A stretch of DNA of 64,000 nucleotides from the NCBI GenBank assembly GCA_002269645.1, contig NIVC01002101.1:1-64000 (forward strand), in the 5' to 3' direction. Shown here piece after piece: positions 41,701 to 54,177 of this stretch. Position numbers and translations under genes: made by a program. Positions within the stretch are counted from its first letter, which is position 1. Each line of letters begins with the position of its first letter. Source of the stretch: Macrostomum lignano. Lineage: Eukaryota. Under the pieces are notes generated by a model, which worked only from the letters and a program-made list of their open reading frames with translations, had not been told where the DNA came from and did not search any database.

Positions 41701-44700
41701 TGTCTACAAAAGGGGAGGGGAATGGAAGCGAAATGCCTGTTCTGCTGGGGGGAAGAGGGGGGTTGAGCGATTGCTCGGGCGGGACTGTATATCCTGGGGA
41801 GAACGGGGGAGAGAATTGCTAGGCACTCAAGGCTCCACGGGAGAGGGAAAGCGGAACGCCCGTAAATGACTAAGACCAATTCTGATCTATTTATAGAACA
41901 ATGTTCAGTTACAAAGCCTCAATTATAGATAGGCTGGAGGAAGTCAAAGGCAAGACCAGGCAAGTCAAGCCAGGCAGCCAAAGAAGGAATGCTCCTCTTT
42001 CAGTTTATTCTTTTGCTTATATACAAAATATAACAAAAATGGCATATGCGTTAAAAATAATAAAAGCACTAGGTTATACTTTGAGCTACTAAACAATATT
42101 AAGAGTTACTATTAACGATATAAAAAGATTTATTTATGCAGTCACAAAGATGTTTTTAGCGATTTAGAAAAATAGTCGTATTTTATTAAGGCAGTACACG
42201 TAAAATAATAGACAAAAAGAAAAGTGACTCTTACATATATCTATGGCATTCAATGTTTATTAAACTGATGTTGAGTACCTTTTGATTGCTTTTCTTAGGA
42301 ACTAATCAAAAAGGCAACAGATCAAAAGGGCAATAGTCAAAAGGGCAATAGCCAACAAATAAAAGTTTATATATATAGTATTATATTTTAAAAAATGTAT
42401 ATTTGTTAGAATATAGGCCTATAAAGTAGTTAAAATGTACTTATAGACTTGTATTGATATTCTGCATACATGTCAATTACTGTAATGCACTAAGGACTAC
42501 TTAAGCATCACCTTGGAAATTTCCTTAGAGTTCTACTTGGAATTCAAGTATCTTGTTTCTAATTATTATTGCTTTTGATAGATGCCAGACTCAATGTTCA
42601 TCTTTTGCTATGTTCTACCTTCCTTTTAGCTCTATTGATATTCATTAAGCTTTTAAACTAGTCAGCTAAGAATCATAAAGTAGATCACACATTTAATATT
42701 GTTCACAAGTCTAATACATGTGAACTTGTAATTCTAATTAATATATTATGACAGTTACCTTTTTGACTGTTACTTTTCTGATCTGCAGTTGCCTTTTTTA
42801 ACAATTATATTTTTTCTTTCTTTTTATATCTTCTTTTCCTTTTTCTTTTTTTTCCTTTTTTGCTTTTCTCCATTCCCTATCTCTTCTCATCCTTATTGTA
42901 GCCAAGGTCTAAATCATACTAGATTGCCTTTCTTCTATCAGACTGCACCTGCCACTGCAAGGGCCAATCCATGCCAGATAATATTGCTATCTATGATAAT
43001 GGCCATTGGCTATGATAGGAATTTTTCCCTTTTCTTTCTATGATCCCCTTTTCTTTTTTTACTTTCCTTTTTCCTTCTTTTTTATTTCTTCTTCTTATTC
43101 TATCCTTCATCTCTCATCTCTCCTATTTCCTCTTATTTTTCCCCTCTTTCCCTCTTTCTCTTCCCTTTCACATCTATCTCTACTCTTATATTATCCCTTT
43201 CTTTTATATATAATCTTGTAGTGTTTAAACAACTAAAGAAATAAATTTTCCAAATCTTTACAAGATCTATGAGAGTGATGGCTTGCTTATCAGTTGGTTC
43301 CTAAGAAGATTGAAGCAACAAAAGACTTTCTAATTTTTTATAATTTAGCATTCTTTTATAGTGGCAAATACTAGATAGTTTATTTGTTTGTTTTATTTAT
43401 TTCAACTTTAGCCCTTATTATCCTTACCAGGTCTATAAGAATTACCTGCAGACAATTGCCCACTAAGCTTTTCTAGTTGAGATTTGCCTATAAATGAATT
43501 GTTTGCCAAGTTTTTCTCACCAGGGTTTGCCTGCAATGCTTGCCATAGTGCATTTTCCAGGAAGCAGATTTTGTTTATGTTGCCTCCTAATGCCTAAATA
43601 GGGCTAAATCTTAATAAGTAGATTTTTGGGACTAAGTAGCATGACATACTTTAATTAATAGCTTGCCATATACTTTCGAGGTATATAGAAATGAAAACCT
43701 ACAAAAATGCATTGGATATACTATTACTATATAATATGTTGTGATTGGACAAATCCCTTTTTTTGAAGACTAGGCCCTAATTCAAGCATAGGAGGGGCAA
43801 TGCAGACAATATTTGTTATTTGGCTAAATCTTTTACAAGAAAAAAGCATTGCAGGAAAACTTGGCAGGCATTTTGCTTCTAAACAATTCATCATAAGTAA
43901 ATCTTGACAGAAAAAGCTAAATAAGAAATTTTTTAAGGCCAATTCTCATGATCTCATCTTAACTACAATGGTTTAATAGCATTAGAATCTCTTTTGTTAA
44001 AGCCCCAATCCTATGGATTAAGAGCTCCCTTGCATTGAAAGTGAAAATATTAATCTTACTATAAATTGAAGCCCCTATTATCCTCACAACAACATGTGAC
44101 ATCAAAAATCTTATTGCTTGAGTCCCTAACTAACTAATCCTAGGCTGAGTCTGGGTTCCTCTTGCCCTTTGTGCCCTTCCCTATTGGCTTGGCCCTTATA
44201 TCCAAAATTGTTTAGAGCTGTATAGTGAAAAAGCCTTGAGGCTTGCAGCCTTATAGGAAGGTTTCTATAGCATCTTTACCTCTTGATAAGCCCTATAAAA
44301 AGTTGTAAAACTGTAGATAGTGTCCAGTGCACTTTTGAAAATTTTCTAAAGTGTAGCGCGAGCATAGGCATAAAGCACCTACATGTATGCTGCCCTTTCT
44401 TGCTGGCTGTTGCTCTAGCAAATAAATATACATGGGAGGTCTAATACCTTTGTAGAAGGAGCCTATACACTTGTAATTTATAATGCTTAGAGATGTTCCA
44501 AAATTTGAATTTGAAATTTCCAAAATTAGGAATTTTTAGGAGCAAATTTTGATTTAAAACAATTCAAAAGTCAAGATTTTGGAATTGTCTAAAAAGTGGC
44601 CAAAAATAAACTAATTTCTGCTACATATACATATATTTCTTTTTGCATTAGCAGTAAATCAAAAGTAAAACAGTCAATGTTGGTCATACTAAACTTTGTT

Positions 44701-45766
44701 TTTCTGAAATTGATTTTGAAAAATTTCAATTTCAATTTTGGAAAGTTTGCCAATTTTGATTTCAACAAAAATGCTCTTTTGGAACATCTCTAATAATCAT
44801 AAAGTGCTGTAAAATAATTTGACTCTTTTTCTAAAGCATGTATATATCTATGTGTTTTCAACATTTATTCCAATAGGGTTGATAAGATACTTGCCCTTGG
44901 TAAATAGGCTGCCTAGACTCACTTCAAAATTAAGCCTTTTCTATAGACTTTGGGGTTTCCTCACTCTTAGACCACTTTTAGTATTATTCCAAAGCTTTTC
45001 TAATCTTTTTTGTGCACTTTCAGGATTTGTCTGCTGGGGGTGGCTTGAGTGGACTTGGTCTTAGCACTGTCCCTGATTCCACTTTGTGTTGGCAGTGCCT
45101 TAGTCTATAGGTTTGAGCTAGTAGCCCCAGTTAGGTATATCTAGGCCTTTAGGCCCTGGTCCCAATCATGGCCTCTTGGGCTATATGCCCCTAGCAGTAT
45201 GGCCACACAGATCTAGCAGCAGAGCCCTTCCCTAGGCTGATCTGTGGGAGCCCCTAGGCTACCCACCTTGTTTAACAACAACAACAACTTATGTGACTTT
45301 AAAGCTCCCCTCACAAAAGCTTTAAAACTAGCAACATTTATTTATTTCTAAAAGAATCTATTGCTCTACCTCCACTTATCAAATCAATAGCTCTAGTAGG
45401 CTTTTAAGTTTTAGGTTTCCCAAGTTATTGAGTGGTCTAGATCCCTATTGGAATAAGTGTAGAAAACCTATATATATATATATGACATGGGGTCTAAAAT
45501 TGTAGCTCAAAAATACAAAACAAAGAAAAACATGTTAACCTTTGCACCAAATATAGGTGTAGTACTAATTAGATGATGATGCATTTAGCCTTTATAAGAC
45601 AGTCATAGTTACTCTTGCCGTTTACCCAAAACCATCTGCTTCAACTCTAGCTGCAACGTCACTAGAAAATTCCAAAAATTTTTAAGATCCAAGATTTTCC
45701 AAGATGGTTGAACATCTTTTTCCACTTATTCCAATAAAGGTCTAGATCATGCTTGGGCACAATCTA

Positions 45767-45902
45767 GGGATTCACCTGGCCATTTCTATTGCCAACACAC
45801 ACATGTAAGTCACTATTGAACAGAGTAGTAGTCACGTGACTGCTCTTAGCCAATAGCAACTTACATGTATGTGTTGGCAATAGAAACAGCCAAGTGATTC
45901 CC
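45767..45902. repeat. Imperfect inverted repeat (~44-bp arms), MITE-like, central GTCACGTGAC palindrome
   Basis: 45767-45810 versus the reverse complement of 45859-45902. Confidence 0.8.
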
Positions 45903-46842
45903 AAGGTTGCGCATGTCTGGTCTGTATCTCTTTTAAAGAGTATAGCTCTATATTTTAGATAAAAAAATTTAAATTTCAAAAAAATTATTTGATATTTTCA
46001 TTCAAACAAAAATCATTCAATTTGGCTTTAGGATTTTCTTTCAAATTTAATATTATTATTGTTCCCACTAATTGCTAATTCTAATAGGTGTGAAGGTATT
46101 TAAAATCCAATGTATCTAAATGAAAGTTAGGATGCTATAGCACCTATATACTACAAAAACCTAGCTCCAATAAGTTAGCAGTGAAGAATAGCCTTAACAT
46201 AATCCCTAGAGTGAAAACCAATACAATGTTTTATTAGTAAATTTTTCAAGAAATCACAAAAGCTATTATGTAGTACATAGCTATTATTTATTTATTATAT
46301 CTTAGCCTATACATTGTTATGTTGGAGACCTAGCTATGTTATGAATCAATAATCATGGATGGTAATGCTCAGTCTTAAGTAACTATTGATTGACACAAAC
46401 TGATAGTAACAAATGAAGTTATTGTAGCTATTAAACCTATGTTTTATTTAATAGAGATCATATATTTCACATATAAAAGAACACCATTTATTATGAACAC
46501 CAGTGTGTGTTCTCTCATGCAACCCCTTCAAAATGCTTACATTATCAGATAATGTCATTCCAAGACTTAATTCTGGCTGGTTTCTATGGAAAAAATTTTG
46601 CTCATGCATAATCTAAATTAATTTGGTATTACATTTAGTTGAATACTTAATTTACATAAAGACATACTATTTAAAGTGAAAGCAGACTTTTAAGGCAGCC
46701 TGCACTCACCATTTACAAAGCACTTTAAAATCAAATAAAATCAAGTATCCATATAAGTATTATTAGCTAAGTATAGTTAACTAAAATGTTTAAGGCCATA
46801 GTTCCCATAATAGTCCCTTAAAAAAGATTCAAACTTGATTGC

Positions 46843-49800
46843 ATGCAGCTCATTGTAAGCGACTCGGGACCCGCCGGGGGCAGCCAAACCAGCTGCTACG
46901 ATTTACAAAGCGGCACCCAACTGAATCAGTGCCGTCAGACTGAGCCACCGGTGCCTGGCAGTTTGTGCTGTGCAGCAGACTATGGCACCGTGTTCTCTGC
47001 TGCTGCTGGTAAACCACTGATCTCCTGCTGGCAGATGCAGCAACAGCAACAGCAGCAGCAACAGCACAGGCGAATCGTTCTTCCCAGTCAGGCCACATCT
47101 TTGGCGTTCACTGATTGCGGCGAAATCTGTGCTGCTGCTCTGGGCGAGCGGATTCTGGTGAGGCTAGGAGGCTTGAGCAGTCTTAAATGTTGAATTAAAA
47201 GTATGACATAGTCACAGATGCTGCGGGTAAAAGGTTAGAGTAACCTCAACGTGTTAAGACACTCAGGTGCTTCGTCATCTAATTAGTGCTACGTTATAAT
47301 AATAATACGCTCGTAATTGATTACACCTGCCCCAATTGGGCAACCGACAGCTTAGCCAAAGCCATTCCACGGTGCACCTGTAGGCTGCGTATGGCTGTTT
47401 AGTCCAAGGACTGGGGGGGGGGATTGGGGGACTCCACACACACCCTCAGTAACCCCAGCTAATGCTGGAACCCATTTTACAGCTGGGTAAACTGAAGCAA
47501 TGAAGCGTCTTGCTCGAGGACACAAATTGTTCTGAGTGGGTCGAGAATCGAACCACCGACCTTTTAGATGGGAGTCCAACGCTCTGATCACTAGGCTTCA
47601 ACCTCGAATAAATACCTGTACAAAATTGTCATTAAAATTATTTATTATCTGTCGTCCAGCATTCGTAAACGCCATATATAATTCCATTTTAGTAGTTAAA
47701 AATATCTTGAAAACCTCAACTTGACAGTCTGCGACCCACCGTTTTACCTTTTTTTAAACTTGATAATAAACTCGCCAAATTTTTCCTAATATCTCCCAAA
47801 ACCTGCCTAAAATTTCTTAAATCCTGCCTAAAATCTCCCAAATCCTACCTGAAATCTCCCAAATCCTACCTGAAATCTCCCAAATCCTACCTGAAATCTC
47901 CCAAATCCTACCTGAAATCTCCCAAATCCTACCTGAAATCTCCCAAATCCTACCTGAAATCTCCCAAATCCTACCTGAAATCTCCCAAATCCTACCTAAA
48001 ATCTCCCAAATCCTACCTGAAATCTAAATCCTACCTAAAATCTCTCAAATCCTACTCAAAATCTCAAGACTAAAAGAAGACTCAAGAGCACATCTCACCC
48101 GCTCCCCCCTCCCTCAGGTGTGGCACGCCAGCACAGGTGACCTGCTGTCAGTGCTGTCTGGCTCACATCATCGCCGCATTCGCTGTTTGGCCTGGTCGCA
48201 GCCTCCCCACTATCTGGCCTCATCAGGTGATGACGGTTTAGTCTGTCTGTGGGACTCCGGCTTGGCGTTGAACAGCGCCCAGCTGCAGCTGGCGGCCGGG
48301 AGCGGCGGTGCCTCCGCTCTGCGACCGCTGCACAGCTGGGTGGCTGCCATGTGCCCGGCTGTCGGCGTGCGGCCGATCGGTGCGGCTCCGCATAACTGCA
48401 TGCTGGCCGCCTGGGCTGCTAATGGCCAGGTGCGAGCTGTGGGCTTTGGGGCTCTGTTTAAGGTGTTGCTCCGGTGGGTTTTTGTTGATCATAGTTGATC
48501 AAATGTTAGATCCCTGACTAGAGCCATTGCTTGGCCAGCCTCCCAGATCCTCAGTTGCTTGGCCAGCCTCCCAGATCCTCAGTTGCTTGGCCAGCCTCCC
48601 AGATCCTCAGTTGCTTGGCCAGCCTCCCAGATCCTCAGTTGCTTGGCCAGCCTCCCAGATCCTCAGTTGCTTGGCCAGCCTCCCAGATCCTCAGTTACTT
48701 GGCCAGCCTCCCAGATCCTCAGTTGCTTGGCCAGCCTCCCAGATCCTCAGTTGCTTGGCCAGCCTCCCAGATCCTCAGTTTCTGGGTCACTGCCTCCCAG
48801 ATCCTCAGTTGCTAGGCCAGCCTCCCAGATCCTCAGTTGCTTGGCCAGCCTCCCAGATCCTCAGTTGCTTGGCCAGCCTCCCAGATCCTCAGTTGCTGGG
48901 TCACTTCCTCCCAGATCCTCAGTTGCTTGGCCAGCCTCCCAGATCCTCAGTTTCTGGGTCACTGCCTCCCAGATCCTCAGTTGCTGGGCCAGCCAGCCTC
49001 CCAGATCCTCAGTTGCTTGGCCAGCCTCCCAGATCCTCAGTTGCTGGGTCACTGCCTCCCAGATCCTCAGGTGCTGGGTCACTGCCTCCCAGATCCTCAG
49101 TTGCTGGGCCAGCCTCCCAGATCCTCAGTTGCTTGGCCAGCCTCCCAGATCCTCAGTTGCTTGGCCAGCCTCCCAGATCCTCAGTTGCTGGGTCACTGCC
49201 TCCCAGATCCTCAGTTGCTTGGCCAGCCTCCCAGATCCTCAGTTTCTGGGTCACTGCCTCCCATATCCTCAGTTGCTGGGCCAGCCAGCCTCCCAGATCC
49301 TCAGTTGCTTGGCCAGCCTCCCAGATCCTCAGTTGCTGGGTCACTGCCTCCCAGATCCTCAGGTGCTGGGTCACTGCCTCCCAGATCCTCAGTTGCTGGG
49401 CCAGCCTCCTAGATCCTCAGTTGCTTGGCCAGCCTCCCAGATCCTCAGTTGCTGGGCCAGCCTCCCTGATCCTCAGTTGCTTGGCCAGCCTCCCAGATCC
49501 TCAGTTGCTTGGCCAGCCTCCCAGATCCTCAGTTTCTGGGTCACTGCCTCCCAGATCCTCAGTTGCTGGGCCAGCCTCCCAGATCCTCAGTTGCTGGGTC
49601 ACTGCCTCCCAGATCCTCAGTTGCTGGGTCACTGCCTCCCAGATCCTCAGGTGCTGGGTCACTGCCTCCCAGATCCTCAGTTGCTTGGTCACTGCCTCCC
49701 AGATCCTCAGTTGCTGGGAGAGCCTCCCAGATCCTTAGTTGCTGGGCCACCAGCCTCCCATATCCTCAGTTGCTAGGTAGCCTCCCAGATCCATATATTA

Positions 49801-50721
49801 GACCTTAGGGTCATAAACCCGAGTCTCTTAGAGCAGACTCAAGAGGAACGTTTAATATCGGCATCCTGAGTCCCCAAGCCATTTGCCTGCCTCCTTCATC
49901 AGGTAAGCCTGTTCTGCTGCTCCACTGGCAGCCGCCTGCTGCAGCTGCTGCTGCCGCAGCCACCCCTCAGCGGCGACGCCACCCTGACCCACGCCTACTT
50001 CGGCTGCTCAGCTGGCCTGGCCATCCGGGTCTGCATGATGAGGCCTCTGCTGCAGCAGTCGCAGTTGCAGCCTCACCAGCAGAGCCTCCAAGGCGATGCC
50101 TGCAGCACCGAAAGCCGCCTGGCCACCCAGCGGCTCTGGCCAGCTGAAGATGGCGACGCTGTCGCCGTCGCGATCTCGCCTTTGTCCGATCGGTTAGCCG
50201 TAGGCTCGAGCCGGGGCCGCGTGCTGATCGTGACCTGCCCGGGCCTCGCCCAGCTGCTCAGCCTCAAGCACTCCGCCTGCCCCATCGCCTGCATGCTCAT
50301 TGCAACTCCCAACTTGACGGCAGCTGGTGCTCCAGCTCGGCGGCATCCTCTGATGCTGCACGGTCAGCTGAAGCGAAGCCTGCTTCAGCAGCAGCAGCAG
50401 CGATCGTCAGCTGCCAGGACAGCCCGACTGAGGCTTGGCCGCGGCGACTTCGGCGACTCTGAACTGCTGCTGAGGTTCCCGACGATGCCGCCCGTCGAAG
50501 ATGCCGAAGCTGAGGCAGTGCGGGAGCAACATGAAGATATTCAAGATGATGTAGCAGAGGAGGCTGAGATGCGCGTGTCTGTGGTTGATGAAGAAGAGCC
50601 TGAAGCTCAGGGCGATGCGGTCAAGTCCAAATCAGCTGCGGCAGCGGCGGCAGCAGCCGAAGCCAAACGGCTGGACGATTTGAAGCGTCGGGCTCTGCAG
50701 TTGATTTCGGGGAAAAATTAG
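46843..50721 (+). CDS. WDR18: WD40-repeat protein 18 (Ipi3 homologue, Rix1/PELP1 complex), ~481 aa
   Basis: join(46843..47157,48118..48429,49903..50721), all phase 0. [58 protein letters not shown] parallel WDR18; acidic/coiled C-terminus. Confidence 0.8.
47320..47600 (-). mobile_element. tRNA-derived CORE-like SINE copy in WDR18 intron 1
   Basis: Homologous to 5495-5767. Confidence 0.75.
47800..48062. repeat. 21-bp minisatellite (AAATCTCCCAAATCCTACCTG)n, WDR18 intron 1
   Basis: About 11 units just upstream of the acceptor. Confidence 0.93.
48525..49790. repeat. 28/32-bp minisatellite (CCTCCCAGATCCTCAGTTGCTTGGCCAG)n with a 292-bp higher-order duplication, WDR18 intron 2
   Basis: Tandem units; identical minus-strand translations at 48861-49082 and 49153-49374. 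Confidence 0.97.
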
Positions 50722-50817
50722 TCCGGAAACTGAAACTCTATTATAGAGTTTGTGTGTGTTAAGTTGTTGCCATGGATATACGGGGGTATAAACTTTCACA
50801 CGCTCAAAATTATACAC

Positions 50818-50863
50818 AGACAGGCAGACAGACAGACAGACAGACAGACCAGACAGACAGACC

Positions 50864-50926
<63 letters not shown>

Positions 50927-51175
50927 TAGACAGACAGACGACTGACTGACTGACTGACTGACTGATTGACTGACTGACTGACTGACTGACTGACTGACTG
51001 ACTGACTGACTGACTGACTGACTGATTGACTGACTGACTGACTGACTGACTGACTGACTGACTGATAGACTGACTGACTGACTGACTGACTGACTGACAG
51101 GCAGACACTGGCTGACTGACAGACAGACAGACAGGCAGACAGACCAACAGACATGCGGACAGACAGACAGCCGAT
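50818..51175. repeat. Compound (GACA)n-(GACT)n microsatellite
   Basis: Directly visible. Confidence 0.97.
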
Positions 51176-51681
51176 TAGATAAAACTGAATGAAAAGCATG
51201 GGCCTGTAAATCCCTACACTTATTAAAACCGAATTTCTGTTCCTTTATCTATGGCATCCCCAATAAACACAAAAGTCAAATTGTGCATTTTATCTTCAAC
51301 ACCCTTTTGGTCTTTAAGAAGTCTTCTTCCATTTGCTGTTGCTTGATTGCCAACAACATTGTACTTGACTGCCGCTTTTACAGTAGTAGCTTGTGTTGTT
51401 GAAAAAGAATGGAAAAAATAAATTGTAGTCAAATTTCTATTAAGTGTTTTATCCTTATTTCATTTTTGTTGTAGGCGTAATCCTTAAAATGTACTTTTAC
51501 CGGATTTAGTAAATGCATCGAGCTCTCGCGCCACTATGTAGATTGCCATGCGGATCACAGCCATGAGGCCCAACCTCCAAGGCACATAGAGGGTACATGC
51601 AGGATCAAGATGTACTTTAGTAGTCCTTGGTGTCAGTTGGACCTCATATAAACAAAGTACATGCTCTCCATTCATGCCGTG

Positions 51682-52006
51682 ATGGGCCGGCGCAGAAAGG
51701 CGCGCAAGCCGCCGCCCAAAGCAAAAGTGATTGTGCCGCTGGATGTGCAGTTCAACTGCCCGTTCTGCAATCACGAGAAATCTTGCGAAGTGAAACTGTG
51801 AGTTTTATTATTTTATTAATAGTGATTGCGCTGGCAAGATGGTTTTACCCCCACCCCCAAAACTCCTCAGCAACAAGCAGGCCAGAGTGGGCAGCGTGTC
51901 CTGTCGAGTCTGCCTAGAAGACTTCCAGACTAGCATCAACTACCTGACTGAGCCTATCGATGTCTACAGCGAATGGATTGACGCCTGCGAGGAAGCCAAC
52001 GTCTGA
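51682..52006 (+). CDS. ELOF1: Transcription elongation factor 1 homolog (Elf1 zinc ribbon), 83 aa
   Basis: join(51682..51797,51871..52006): [83 protein letters not shown]. Missed by the ORF track because of the intron. Confidence 0.96.
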
Positions 52007-53102
52007 TGCGTAATGCTTGTTTGACAGCTCGGATAGTCTTGTAGAAAGTACAAATACTTGATAGACTGGATTACGCCATAAAAGTACATGTACTTTATAG
52101 ACATGTAAAAGTACACATTGATTACTCCGATAGTGTCGCGTCGTTCTAAAGTACACAGGGTTGTTTGTCAGCTCATGTATAGATTTTAAAAGTACATAAT
52201 GAACTGTCACCTGACACATCAGATAGTATAATAGTAAAAGTGCACATACTTGACAGGTTTGTTAGTAAAGTACACCGACTCAAAAGCTCAGTATTCTATT
52301 AAGATTAGTGCTAAACCAATATTCTTAAAAAAGACCAAACTCTTATTCTTTAATCGAGTTTTTTGAGATACTACTAAAACTCGCACTTCAAGTAGTATCT
52401 TGAATTTGCGAATATTTACAAGTGCCTTATAAATTATTCTTCGCACAGCTTTATACTTTTTTGACACAACGAAATTTTCTATTTTATACCCCTTGTAAAT
52501 TAAAATTTTTCTACTGATCATAGAGGCTTTTTTCTGTTCTTGTTTCACGAAGCAGCTTTCGTATTTATACATGCAATGCTACGACTTCTCATAGACACTA
52601 AGTAGTACGTATCGCTATTTTTTGTCGTTTTTATCAAGTGCCTACAATTTACGGCTTTATTTTTTGAGGCCATAACTGATAACAAATTTACTAAGCTTGC
52701 TAATTTTAATGTACTCTTTTTAATGCGTGCAAACATGTTGACCAGTGCGCCTAGAAAGTTGATGACTCTTCATTATTTTATAAAACTATAAAAGCTAGTA
52801 CACGATATTGTTTAACTTCTTTTTCCTTTTTTTCTTTGCTTCTCTTAGACTAGAGTAGACGATTCTTAGGATGCTATAGATAGGATGAGCGGAGCGCCCT
52901 TTGGAAAGTTAAGGCGTTAGAGTGCGTGTCTGTGTTTTGGCTTACGATTGCTCATGAGTCAGTTGGATGGGCAGAATTGCTGTCAGCGCTGGGACCATGT
53001 CGCCTGCAATATATAGTGTAATATTCAACACAGAATGAGACCCGCCAGTCTGCAAAGCAGCTCAATGTCTGCCCACCAAATTCCAGTGGCGCCCTGCACA
53101 GC

Positions 53103-53741
53103 ATGAGCAAAATTCATCCGAGCTCCAACAGCAAGTCCGCTTCCTTGATTGCCCGTCAGGCTGCCGCTTCCTCCAGCGCTTCAACAGCGGACGGAGGCGG
53201 TGGCCACCACCCCGTCGGGTTTGTCAGCGGCAAGCCGATGTCAGGTTCAGCAGCTCCGCCCACCGCGGCTGTGGTTGGCGTAGGCGGAGGTGCGGCCGCT
53301 GCCTCTGCAGTTGGCGGCTCCTCATCAACTGTGGCCGCCGCTGTTGCTGCCGCGGCCGCCGCCGCCGCCGACCCGGCGCACAATCTCGAGCTGGCGTCGC
53401 TGTTCGAGTGCCCCGTCTGCTTCGACTTCGCCCTGCCGCCCATCCTGCAGTGCCAGGCCGGTCACATCGTCTGCGCCGCCTGCCGCTCCAAGCTGAGCAG
53501 CTGCCCGACCTGCCGGGGACCGCTGGCCAACATCCGCAATCTGATCATGGACAAGCTGGCCGCCCAGGTGCTGTTCCCCTGCAAGTATGTGAATAACGGC
53601 TGCTCCGACTGCTTCCTGCACACCAGCAAAACTGAGCATGAGGACGTCTGCGAGTTCAGGCCGTACACCTGCCCGTGTCCCGGCGCCAGCTGCAAGTGGC
53701 AGGGCTCTCTGGAGCAGGTGAGCCTGCGCCTCTGTCTGTTC

Positions 53742-53797
<56 letters not shown>

Positions 53798-53801
53798 TAG
53801 C

Positions 53802-53841
<40 letters not shown>

Positions 53842-53844
53842 TAG

Positions 53845-53881
<37 letters not shown>

Positions 53882-53884
53882 TAG

Positions 53885-53968
<84 letters not shown>

Positions 53969-53969
53969 G

Positions 53970-54027
<58 letters not shown>

Positions 54028-54028
54028 G

Positions 54029-54092
<64 letters not shown>

Positions 54093-54093
54093 G

Positions 54094-54143
<50 letters not shown>

Positions 54144-54144
54144 G

Positions 54145-54177
<33 letters not shown>

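Noticed and set aside
41400-41870. Possible LINE endonuclease relic
   Set aside because: No diagnostic motif could be read in any frame.
42790-43210. Hydrophobic F/L/S-rich ORFs (also 59214-59621, 62952-63248, 27842-28270)
   Set aside because: Low-complexity pyrimidine or pentamer tracts.
48527-49808. 400-aa ORFs within WDR18
   Set aside because: Minisatellite inside intron 2; exons 2 and 3 join in frame without it.
52045-52274. CRISPR-like repeat-spacer appearance
   Set aside because: The repeat is only 8 bp, the context is eukaryotic and there are no cas genes; kept as a motif cluster instead.
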